The notes beneath the pieces were generated by a model. That model did not search any database. It was not told the origin of the DNA and was given only the letters and a program-made list of their open reading frames with translations. DNA of 64,000 nt from Azolla caroliniana (lineage: Eukaryota; Plantae; Polypodiophyta), in NCBI GenBank assembly GCA_043228905.1, contig JBHGNT010000007.1, forward strand, positions 1,116,001 through 1,180,000, given 5' to 3'. The translations under genes were made by a program, and so were the position numbers. Below, in pieces: positions 23,401-35,400 of the stretch. How positions within the stretch are numbered: the stretch's first letter is position 1; the number at the start of each line of letters is the position of its first letter.

Positions 23401-25480
23401 GGCAATCATACGGTCGGTGGTGAGGAAGCGTATTGTCTTGTACCTTATCGAACACATTGGCATACTAACGATACTTCTCTAGAGATTTCGAATGTTGAAT
23501 GAAACCGTTTGCCAAATTCTCCTCTATATAGGCTCGAATGACTTCTAGCTCGGTTTGTGACAAATTGTAGATCGGTCCCCATGGGGGCTCTTTTCTTGGT
23601 TGTAAATCAATGGGGCAATCATATGGTCAGTGGTGAGGAAGCGTATTGGCTTGTACCTTATCGAACACATCAGCATACTAACGATACTTCTCTGGAAGTT
23701 GAATTGTGGATTCCTCTTTAGTAGTGTTGGAAGGCTTTACTCATACCGCGAAGACAAACATTGCTTCTGTGCGTCCTTCCTCACGCAATTGTTGTAGCGA
23801 AATGGTTGCAATCTTATGAGTAGATCCTCTGATTTGTCGATACCGGATTTCTCTTGTTCTCCAATATATGTCTAGGTTATGTAATTCGAACCACAGTAAC
23901 CCCAAGACAATTAGATGATTTGGACTACTAATTATATTAAATGATACTACACACACCAAGTTATCTAGGACAACTTGAATCGGCTTTGACTCCTCTACGA
24001 TTTTTCCAGAAGCAATGCAATGACCATCAATAACTACTACAAATGCTAGGCAAGAAAGTTTTCTTAGAGATATCTGATGAGCTTGGGCAAAATTCTTATC
24101 CATGAAGCAAGAGTTGGCTCCGGAATCTAATAGTGCTAAGACATGTATTGGTGGAGTACTTTTAGTACTAACCATTACTTGAGCTAAGAACACATTCCTA
24201 ACTTGCTTAGAGGAAATGGAACCACTAATGGGCTGCACAGATCTAGAGTTGTCCAACCAAACAGCTCCTATTTTGGCCAGACTTAATCGTTTAACTCTTC
24301 TTCTAGTTGACTGAGGATTTCAAATTTGTTTGAAAGGCTTGGGCTATTAAGACTATCGGACACACCTAGAGAAATAGACTCAGGTTTAGTACTATTAGTA
24401 CTAGCGGTTATTTCTTTTACCTACCTTCTTGGCTAATGGGGGCAGTTCATTGCAGTATGCCCCGATCCACTGCAATAAAGACATAATCGATTTGGCCGGC
24501 ATCGCTGCTTTTCTTCTTCCGTTAGTGGTCCACGACAACATATTGTGTCAATTTCCATTGGAGTCGGAGTATTTGTTGGAGATGTATTAAATGACTCCCT
24601 TGGGAAAGGCTTTGCTACAATTGAAGCGTAGGTGGGCTCCGATCTTGCCCTCGGCATTTGAAACTGACGTTCCAAACGTCATTCGAAGAGGCGGTTATCG
24701 CATCGTACTACGCGAGTGATTGCTTTTGTCAATGTCTTTGGTTCTTCGGGGAAGGTCAAGAGTAAATCCTTGGCATCGTTACGTAGGCCATAACGAAATT
24801 GCTCCATTAATGATTTTTCAACCCAGGGGATATCGGAGGCGAGTAGACGGAAATCTGTAGCGTATGTAGAGGTTGGACGATCACCTTGACGTAATCGTCG
24901 GATTTTGTTGATTGTTGTCCTGATGCTATCAGTATCTTCAAAACATTCTTTAAACTCACTTATAAACTCTTCAAATTTGTTTCGCAATGGAGATTCCTTT
25001 TCTAACAATGGATCGAACAATGCCAAAGCCAAGCCACTTAACAACGTGCCTACTAGACCCACTCGTGCTGCATCAGTGGGACATCGGGAATGATGCATTT
25101 GAATGACTAATCGTATCTGATTAAGGAATCCTCTAAACTGTGATCGCATTCAATCAAATTTCATAAGGCCGATCTTGGGTTCTTTATGAATCCCTTGTGT
25201 ACTTGGTCCTTGTTGTTGCAACGCTACAATGGTTGCTTCGAGCTGTTGCACACATAACGTTACTTCCCCATGTTGTTGTTGCGTTTGTTGCTTTTCTAAG
25301 GAGATTTGTTGAAGATCCCCCAAGCGTCGTTGATTTTCTTGTTCCAATGCGAGAAACTTCTCTTTCAAGCATTGCAACTCCGAGAAAACAGATTGATATT
25401 CTTGAGCTCGAAAAGAGGAATAAGAGATTAGTATGAAGGGAGGGAGAAGTAAGAAGATAAAAGGAAGAGGAGGAATGAAA

Positions 25481-25492
25481 ATCAGTTCAAAA
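25481..25492 (-). promoter_or_regulatory. Self-priming (Tf1-type) PBS
   Basis: TTTTGAACTGAT directly after the 5' LTR is complementary (one G-U pair) to ATCGGTTCAA, which lies about 30 nt downstream of the LTR TATA box (20248-20257 in the 3' LTR). Confidence 0.75.
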
Positions 25493-27529
25493 TCTCAGGA
25501 ATAGTACTGAGACAGAAATGAGATTAGTACTAAGAGATGAAGATTAGTACTAAGAGGAAAAGAGGGTGTAGAACACTCGCGAGAGAGAGAGAGAGAGAGA
25601 GAGAATGATGATGACAAAATATATATTATGTAGAAACAATATACAAGGATAGCTAGGAGGCTTAAGACTGGAGTTGAACTGTCACCCTCCAACATATTCT
25701 TCGAGTAGACATGTTTTGAACTCCTCCTAGTTATGGCTATCCTCTTGAAAATTTGAGGATCTTCGCACAGAGACTTGGCATTACCATCTTTTATAAGCAT
25801 CTCGACTTCATAAGCCTCCAAGTAGCAAGAGAGATCATTTCAGTTAAACTGATCGCATGTCCCACCACTATTATCCAGCTCAGTCATGTTATCTCTTTTC
25901 TACATCATCCAGACCATTGTCACGAAGTCTTCGCCTTGCATATTTCCCCTCATTGCATCTCTTTCAATTCAGGTTCACCAAATATGTCGCGTAAACATGT
26001 ACATGCATTTGCAACTTGAGCAGGATCTCAAGTGGACTTGGACCAGAGAGAGCATGCTACCTTGAGATAAGATTTCTCTCGTCCTTCCCGTCAAGTATGA
26101 CTCCATGCACATTAACACAATCCTTAGTTTTAGTTGGCCTTCACAAGGTGGCCCAATCATGAGTTGCAGGCGTGATGTCCATTGAGGGATGAACACACCA
26201 ATCTGTATTCGGCACCCATTGGCATTTCAACATTTTCTTTAGGCCACGATATGTTTGACGTCGTTGTCCAACATGCACATGCCATAGCACAATGTATGAC
26301 AAGTACTTAACAATAAGTGTCGACACCAAAAACACTTACTAAAGCCAAAGACCATCACCTTGACGTCGTGCCTCTATCCCCTCTAAAGCCAAACATAACT
26401 TGGCAACCATTCAAAACAAGGGGGGTTATCGTACACTATAGACATTTGTGGAACCTATGGAGCGTTAGAATGGGAATAAAACATTAGGGAAAGTTACGAA
26501 ATGCCATTACTATTAGGTTCATATAAGTTTTTTATTAGTGATGGACATGTATCAAAAGTTCTTTGGGGAGTATTTTCATCTAACATATAGACATCAATTA
26601 TAAAATACATTTCTTTTCCTTACATTCCTATACTACCTTGATTACATATTTTTCCTAGTACTCTTGTTCTGCCTTGAATGCATTTTTGTCCTTGTACTCG
26701 TCCTACCTTGAATGCATTCTTTTCCTTGTACTCTTGTCCTACCTTGCCAAGTCTTGCTTTGGGTTTATAAATAGGTTCTCTCGCTGCTTTGCCTATTCTT
26801 CCTACTTTGTTCCTACCTAGATACCAAAGCATGCTTGGGTTTGGACGGGAGATGGATGCCTTATACAAATGTCATTGAATGAAATGATTTATTCACATGA
26901 TACATTTGATTATGAATGAGATGTAAATCATGTGTGGAGCTTCATTCAACGTGATGTAAATGAAGTACACAATTTGACATTATTGGTTTAGTGATGCAAA
27001 TTAATATAAGCATGTTTGAAATTACCATAACTTTAGTGCAAATGCTACGTGCCTTGAAGACCTTGTCTTAACCATAAAGTCTACAAGAACTTTAATTAAA
27101 ATATATAATTTAGGTATAGGTGCAAGAACCAAAAGGCTACGTCAAGATATTATATGTTTTGCCATTTGTGATTACAATTTACAAGTAGCATGTGAGACAA
27201 TACCCTTCTATAAGTCAAAAGAAACATTTATATGACCACCAAATCATTGAATTTCTAGTGCTTCTTATGAATGACAACCGAGGGGTGTTTGTATTTACAT
27301 AAATCATGGTATAAGAATCAATTTAGAATGTCCTCATGGTAGTCCCCACATTTTATTATTGGATATATTTTATGAGTTTTCACTTAGGTTCTAAAAAAGA
27401 CACATAAATTTCAAAGTTCCATTATAAATACATTTTGATATCAAAACTAGCTTTTTAAGGTTATTGGAAAGAACTTTTTGCTTATGATTTGTCCCCATTG
27501 GAACTTAACAATAGTTATGGGGCCACTTT

Positions 27530-28060
27530 TGCTCAAACCGAACTGAACCTTAAGGCACAGTTTAATCATTTATCGGTTCCAATATAATTAAACGGTTTGA
27601 TTTCGTACAATTATTATTAAACGGTCTGGTTTTAGATCGGTTTGGTTCTAAAACTCGGGTTTATCAGTTTATAGGTTTAAGTGGTTCAATTTAATGGTCT
27701 ATTGGTTTTTTGTGTAACTTTTTTTTATTTCCTTAATCGTTTATTAATTTAATGGTTTTAATTAAATTTTTATCGTTTATTTATTTAATTAATTTAACTT
27801 AAATGCTTATTTAATTTAATGTATTATTTAATTTTTAATTAATTTGACGTAATTGATTAGGTTTCATTTTTTATTAAATGGTTCAGTTTGGTTTTAACTT
27901 TTCCCTAAATGGATTGGATTCAAATGGTTTGGTTTACCTTTTCCTTAAACAATTTAGTTTGGTGGCTCGAGCATCTATAAACGATTTGGTTTGGTTTTTA
28001 TTTTCTATAAATAGCTCAGTTTTGTTTCAAGACAAAGAAACTGAACCGAACAAGGTCCAC
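27530..28060. repeat. AT-rich MITE-like element with dispersed AAACCG/CGGTTT motifs (related stretch at about 5660-5800)
   Basis: aaaccgaactgaacc ... aactgaaccgaac with many ggttt motifs; no TIR or TSD resolved. Confidence 0.35.
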
Positions 28061-29872
28061 AACTACTTGACACCATGGTATGTTTTAACAATTTTTAATG
28101 TGAGACCTTCCCTTTTTTTATGCATATAATTTCGTGAGCATGCACTTTGTAGTGTGACGGTATGAAATAATTGCATCCAATATGGGTGTGGCAGCACCAC
28201 ATTGTTCTACTTGCTCATGTTTTCATGTGTAGACTTAAGAGTTTTGGATGATGATGGATGACATGAGATTGCTAGATTAATGGCATGCATGTACTATTAA
28301 TGATCATTTACTTGTGATACTTCTATGTTTAGATAGATAAGTATGCATATATACATATACACACATATTTATGTGTGTGTACACATACATACGGACATAT
28401 ACATACACACATAGAGGCCCATGCATATATTGTAGTTTGTCCTAAGATTGCTAACATATATGTATGAAAAGAACGAATTATTTGACATGCAATCCATTTC
28501 TGGATGTTTGTACAAGAAAGTACGTACACAACTGTTATGGGCTTTGCATTTTGGTCGTATCCAAGTTTTAATGTAGAGTTCATCAATAATTGGGGGTGCA
28601 GGTTTTAGATCCATCTTGTGCTCAATTCTTGGAGAGACAACATCCTTTCTCTTTTCTTCTTTCCATATAAATTCTCATCTCAATTTTAATATTACATATT
28701 GTTCCACTAACCAATCTTGTTTTGTTATGTAAATAATTCTCAAAATTCAAAAAGTATATTAACAATATGTCTGTTCATCACTATGCCGCAATGAGTTTCA
28801 CAGTTATTAACTATATAGATCCAATCAACATTTTGAACTGATTTGACATTGAAAAGCTTAATGAGAAACTAGAATCGTACGTATGCTTACTTTTTTGGGT
28901 AGTACCAAGATTCCCCCCTATCGATACTCGACTCAAAAAATAAGACTTCCCTTCTACAACTTCATTTTCGAACCTCATACTTTGATATGGTCCATATCTT
29001 CCCTTCATGTCAACTTGTTTTGCTACATAGACTAGGAAAGATGCAATGCTATAAGGAACTTTAACAAACAATTTATAGAGCAAAATTCATATACTGTTTG
29101 AAGCATGGAGGCTATGTAATTCTACAAAGCTATATTGGTTCTAGACCTTTTTTAAATCTATGTATAGTATTTCGGTGGATCGTTCTAAATGTATGGTGGG
29201 ATTAAGAACATGTGGCTCTAGTGTGCACAGACTTGCAACCACACATGTACAAAAACAAGACACGCAAAAAATCTTGCTATTGGATGACGAAGGGTTCCTA
29301 GTAGCAATGGAATCTATCATGTTTTTCGTTAAATGCCCCACATCCAACCTCATCTAATATACATAATATGGAATGCATATGTCGAACTTTATCATTATTT
29401 TCTTGCTTTTAAATAATCCCTCAGTTCCTTTTCCTTTTTTGTCAGCTACCTTGGAACTAAGGTTCATTCAAGAGTATGCTGACCCAATTCACACTCGATT
29501 CACTCCATACACACAACATTGTGATTCTTTATAAGGTTCCTTCGACCGTTTGATGACCACATCTCGAATGATTGCACAACATTGTGACTCTTTCTAAGGT
29601 TCCTCTGATGTCCTGTGACACCAAATCTTTGAGGATTTCATAACATTGTGACTCTTTTCTTTATCCTTAAAGGACGACATCATAGATCCTAGAGACGTCA
29701 AGTAAGACTTGTTTTATCTACAACAAGTGTAGTGAACATCAAGCCATTATATATATCCTCAAGCCTGTTAATGACTACCAACCTAACAGCACAAGGCGAG
29801 TTGATTTCCAAACATATTTATTGTACTATATACATTCTCCGTAATTTACCAATTGAGTGACTATGATCTCTC

Positions 29873-30028
29873 GGGATTGAACACGTGACTTCATGATCTT
29901 CTTCGGGACAACCTTACCCAAGTAAGCCATCTTGGGGCCCCTCGATATGTATGGGTTTGAACACATGACTTCATGGTCTTTGCCGGACAACCTTACCAAC
30001 AATATAAGCTACACCCATCCTGGGGCCC
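29873..30028 (-). repeat. Dimer of degenerate tRNA-like (SINE-head-like) units
   Basis: Two related units starting gggcccca on the minus strand, with TGGCTTACTTGG-like A-box and GTGTTCAATCCC / GTGTTCAAACCC B-box-like ends. Confidence 0.45.
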
Positions 30029-30596
30029 ATCCCATCATATTTGCTTCCTTCATTATTAACTTTTTCAATCCCATATTTTGTTATTTATTAAACTTTTGAT
30101 GAGTTTATATAATCATTGGAATTCCTTTCTCTCAATCCCTTTCTCTTTCTCTCATATTATCATTAAATTATCCATTGGCATTGTAACCCACATACAATTA
30201 CAATTTCTCCCTCTTTGTCAATCCATTTTGATCCAAATTAATGGCCATACCATATCTATAGAATTGGGGCCTAATATAATATCACCGACTAATCCATTAT
30301 AAATAGGGGGTCAACCTTTTGGCCCCCATTGGATGAATATATAAGAGTCATGGATCAACAAGTTACACATTTTTAAGTCCTTTACTCAAAGCCTAATTGA
30401 TCCATTAATTTGGGGCTGCCACTTGCATCTATATATATATATATATGTATGTATGTATGTATTCAGACTGAGATTATTGAATAATAATCAATTAAGCTAC
30501 ATACTCAGATTCATCAACAATTTCAATTCATAGGACACCCTAAGCATACACAATTAATTTATATACATATATCTATTAGCTAATTGAAATTTTTGG

Positions 30597-32402
30597 ATGG
30601 ATAATAGTAGTAGCAATAATCCATCATCATCATCATCATCATCATCCCTTGCTAGGAGCCTGAGCTTACAGAGGGCAAATGCAAAGGCCAAATACAGTGC
30701 TACACTAAGAAAGGAAGAAAATATTATGTACAGCTCTGTAATTAATCACTCGCAGAATGTATCTGTGGAACCATCAATTGTCAATGAAGGAGAAGAAACA
30801 TTGGGTAGCTATACCTCAACCCAGAAATCATCAAAACAGCCCAAGATTAAGAAAGTGTTGGTGAAGAGTGTCAGGAGGAGTAGCTCATCTGCATGTGGGT
30901 GTATGAATTATAGCACTCTCATTGATTCTCTCTTGATGAGTATGTGGAGTTCAGAAGCTAATTATACCTCTAATCAAAACCCTAATCATAATAACCCTAA
31001 TCCTAACCCTAACCCTAGTCCTCAGCCTAATTATGAGAGCAGAGCATCAAAATTTGACCTTAATTATGCTAATTATATCGATTCAAGCTTAACCACTATC
31101 AGCACTAATTCTAGCACCTTAACCTCCACCTTGATCAGTCATGACAACCTATGGTATAATAACTCCTCTAATATCTCTACTAATTCTAGTAGCTCTGCTA
31201 CTAGGTCTGCCATTAGTAGTGAATCGAATCACTATTGTTGCCTCCATTCTGTAGATGATCCACCATTGTGTAATTACATACCTCAGTATAATCAGGATGT
31301 GATGCCCTCCAATAATCGACTCATTCAAGATACAGGCCACCACCATGGCTTGGCATGTAATAAGGTCAGTAAACATCAATCACCATGGTCGCATCATCAT
31401 GCCCCTACTAATCATGGACCACCATGTTCCAAGTCTGTCACTAATCATGGATTGTGTTCCTCTACTAATCTCCCCAATCATAGATTCTCACCCTCTAATC
31501 ATGCCCCTAATCATGAATTGTCATGCTCTAAGCAGACCCATAAGCATGCTCCAAATAATGAATCAGGCCCCCCAAATCATGCCTATACTCACATAATATT
31601 CTCCTCTAATCCTGGGTTATCGCCCTCTAATCATACCCCTAATCGTAGTTTGTCATCCTCTAATGATGTCCCTAGTCGTGGACATGCATCCTCTAATCAT
31701 ACCCCTAATCATCGATTATCTTCCTCTAAGCATAATCCTAACTGCGGATTAATATCGCCCACTAATCATAATACTCCTAACCATGGACTAACATCCTCTA
31801 ATAATGCCCCTAATCATCATGGAATATTCTCACCTCCTAATCATGATGGAATATTCTCATCTCCTAATCATGGTGCATTATCATCCTCAAGTAACGGATT
31901 ATTATCATTGTCGAATCATCGATACAATATAGGATTATTGTCATCATCTTCGAATCATCGATGCTTATCCTCGTTATCATCGGCATTGTCAATAGATGTT
32001 GATCGATCATCTCTTTGGCAATCTAATAATGGAGACACTAATCATGGGTCACATCATTCAACCTCGACTCATAATGGAGTGTGGAATGACAATGTAAAAG
32101 CATTGGCTACTACTACTCATAATATCCATGAGAAAATGAGGGGTAACAATATCCCTAGTGTTAGTTCACTCAACCATCATACTTCTAAGAGCATTCTTCG
32201 TGTCGAGAAAGACTCGCTCAACCCATACCATGATTTTCGAGAATCAATGCATGAGATGATCATGCACAAAGGTATGGATGAAGCCGAAGATATGGAGGAC
32301 CTTCTTTACCACTATCTTAAACTTAATCCACAAGACCTCCATGAGATTATCAGGAATGCCTTCAGTGATGTTTGGATAGACATTATCCTCAAGATAAGAT
32401 GA
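30597..32402 (+). CDS. OFP: OVATE family protein (OFP), single exon, 601 aa
   Basis: C-terminal OVATE domain VEKDSLNPYHDFRESMHEMIMHKG...EDLLYHYLKLNPQDLHEIIRNAFSDVW. Uninterrupted ORF; Ser/Asn/His-rich N-terminal part. Confidence 0.9.
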   Translation: MDNSSSNNPSSSSSSSSLARSLSLQRANAKAKYSATLRKEENIMYSSVINHSQNVSVEPSIVNEGEETLGSYTSTQKSSKQPKIKKVLVKSVRRSSSSACGCMNYSTLIDSLLMSMWSSEANYTSNQNPNHNNPNPNPNPSPQPNYESRASKFDLNYANYIDSSLTTISTNSSTLTSTLISHDNLWYNNSSNISTNSSSSATRSAISSESNHYCCLHSVDDPPLCNYIPQYNQDVMPSNNRLIQDTGHHHGLACNKVSKHQSPWSHHHAPTNHGPPCSKSVTNHGLCSSTNLPNHRFSPSNHAPNHELSCSKQTHKHAPNNESGPPNHAYTHIIFSSNPGLSPSNHTPNRSLSSSNDVPSRGHASSNHTPNHRLSSSKHNPNCGLISPTNHNTPNHGLTSSNNAPNHHGIFSPPNHDGIFSSPNHGALSSSSNGLLSLSNHRYNIGLLSSSSNHRCLSSLSSALSIDVDRSSLWQSNNGDTNHGSHHSTSTHNGVWNDNVKALATTTHNIHEKMRGNNIPSVSSLNHHTSKSILRVEKDSLNPYHDFRESMHEMIMHKGMDEAEDMEDLLYHYLKLNPQDLHEIIRNAFSDVWIDIILKIR

Positions 32403-35400
32403 AACCACCTTAATTTTACTACCCCACTTGAATTGCTTCATTGCAATGTAATATTTGTAAGTACAAAATCAAATTTTGTATATAGTAAATTTGCTTAAGT
32501 TTGGATGCTCGATCACTTGGTATACAATGTGTGTAGTGAACGAACATTCCATTCCATTGCATTGTCATAGAAAATGAAGACGGTTTCGTACGCTCCCTTA
32601 TTCAAATTTGTTATCCTTTGTGGTATTGACGTACCGTAATTGCTTCGACCATTTGTTTATGAATATTTTAAGCTTGGAAGTTGACGTGCAAATTCTAATG
32701 GTTGGTTGAGAGTCCGGACATTCCATTTGTCACAATAAGGTAAGAAAGGTGTGTATTCGTTACAAAGTAGTTTTCCAATTTCATCATTTGCATAAATGTT
32801 AAAAGTATGGAATCTTGCTCATTTTGTTTACAACCTTTTGGCTATAAACCTCTAGATCCCTCCCTCCAACTTCATCAAATGCTCCCTTGAAAATGTAAGG
32901 CCATTTAATTTGCATTGTTGCAATGTGACCGTATGATTACAGAATTTGATATCAATATTTTAAGTTTTGAACCTTCATCATTTAGTATACACTTCATAGG
33001 TTTGAGATTCCATCTCAATATGTGCATATTTTCTTAATGTTCAGTGTTAGGCTAGGTCTAGAATTTATATATGTTCTTATATACTTCTTGAGGGGTGAAC
33101 GCAACTGCATTCACGTAATTGCACCTCAACATAACAATTATGATAACCAATGGGAGTGGCTTCATCCAATAGTATATGCTACAACGTGCTTTGTGACAAG
33201 ATAAGTCTAGGTGCATATGTTGCTTCTTTCTAGATCTAGCATGTATATATTCTTACACACTAGTTTAGGTATGAACGCAAACCCATACATATGAACTACA
33301 CCATGAAATACATGTAACCTATGATCACTAACTGACAATAGTAGCTGAATTTAATAGTATACACTATGATGTGTTTTGTGACAAGATCATTTTATGCATG
33401 AGCTAAATTTTTTTACCTTGTATCTATATTATATAACAATGAATTAGCCAATTGATGTGAAAATAACATAAAAAATGTGGTGGCCACTATTGGCACCAAA
33501 GGATGACATGACGTGATCTTAAATTCCTTCCTAGGATATTCAAAATCTTATTATTTGTTATGTAAAGTCTAGTGAGTGTACATTTGGGTTAATGTTTGGT
33601 GGAGAATTGAGACTCGTAGGCAAAGCAGATGTGATAGAAGCAAGCTTGTTATAAAGTGCACCATAATACATTGAAGGAGATCGCTAACATCTAAGGAAAG
33701 GAATTATGAATCCAGTAACAACCATTTATTTCCTTTGTCCGCAATACTCATAGGATTTAGCCCAAAGATGTGAACACCATAAATAAAAAAAGCTCAAGGC
33801 CCATAAACAATTTCATAATTTCACTCAAAGTATAATAAGACAAACTTTATTATATTGGGTCAATCAAATGTGAAATCCTTCAATGATGCGTGTGCTTGAA
33901 TGACAATTTGGTTGTAATGCGTTGAACCATGATTGTTTATTAGACCATTTTAATAATCAACCCAATATTTGATCCCTTTTTGTGTACTTTGTTTTATTAA
34001 GAAAATAAACTAGTGTGATCTAACTTCATATGACTTTCTTATCAAACTAGAAACAAAATTCAATCAATAAGAATATATCAAATTAGAAAATATATTCACA
34101 CCTTAGTTGTTATAATGATTACAATGAGGGTCTTCTTTAAGGAAAGGTTTAAATACATGCCTAACATGTTGGCTTTAATAGGTTTATGGACATGCATGAA
34201 GCCTACACCTCCTAGCATTGAATATTAAAATCCATCAAAGTTGAATGTGATGATCATGCCAATGTGTCAAAGCTTACAGGACCTACTAAGGTGTATGATT
34301 TTAACATAAGCACAAAAATAGGATAATATAGTTGGTACAAAATAGGCTTTACAATGTGATCTTGAATGCAGAAGGTGATGTGTCAAAGTCTTACAAGCCA
34401 TATCAAAACGCATTATTCTAACATGAGCTCTTTTGCACAAACCTAGCATACCTCAAATCAGGCTAACACTTGATTTTCTTTGTCCCATGATGTAAGACTA
34501 CTAGTTGTGTAGCCTTCATAGGTATGAAAGTTGTCATTCTATAAAACCAAAGTAGCATTGGGAAGCCTTTACCTCATAAATTTAGATGAAAAGTATAATG
34601 GTATGCTCTAAACATCGCATATAATTAAAACCCAAATTTAATGGTATGGTCTATGCACTTTGAGTGAGCCACAACAATTTGCTTTGTTGAGAACCATTGA
34701 GGTGAAGTTCGAACAATGTACCACAAAAAGTAAGGGTAGAAAAAACCTCTTGACACTATGGATAAGTGCTTAGGGATATGCATGTCTTTTTGTGCGCTCA
34801 TGCATTCTGAAGGACTGACATAATTAGCAATACCCCCACCTCATCTAGTTTATACCACATTTAAACATACCAATTTGTGATGTGTAGGACGTTAAGTTGA
34901 TGGTGAAGATCGAACTTTGGTTTTGTCAAATTTATGACTTCAATTCTACAAGCAATTTGGTTGATAGATTTCTATGTTCCCATTGGCAAACAATTATCGG
35001 CATTTACCAATAACCACCCCCACTAGTAGCCATCTTGTTTGTCCCAACCTAAAGGGCAAACATGCCTTTAGAAAATTAAGATGACACGTAATATGATGCA
35101 TTTCTTTTGGGATGTTTTAGTGGATTTGGGATTGGCACTAGTAGAGAATAACATAGGGGAGAGACCCCACTGAACTTCAGATTATAAACCATAAGCAAGT
35201 TGTCAATATCACACCACCTTTATACTATTGTAATCTGTTGCTACAAGTTCTTCTCGGGAAGTTTAGGCATTCGTGTGTGCAACAAATTAACATTTTCTTG
35301 TTTTTAAAATACAATATGGTTGTTGGTTAACCTTTGATTAATTCTACCTTAGAAATGACATTTTTATTTTGAGGACGAAATTTAGATATATATTTGCTGA

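Larger units (their letters stand above)
20053..25680 (-). mobile_element. Tcn1-like Ty3/gypsy chromovirus 2, degenerate; 5' LTR lacks U3
   Basis: 3' LTR 20053-20481, PPT 20482-20494, 5' LTR piece 25493-25680. Gag with CLYCSGSGHTAMNC, protease LLDSGA, RT CLDD, RNase H, integrase and chromodomain. About 0.2-kb duplication at 23270-23700. Confidence 0.9.

Noticed and set aside
25681-26880. 3' end of another LTR element (purine tract near 26418-26425 and short repeats)
   Set aside because: No protein motif, partner LTR or TSD to support boundaries.
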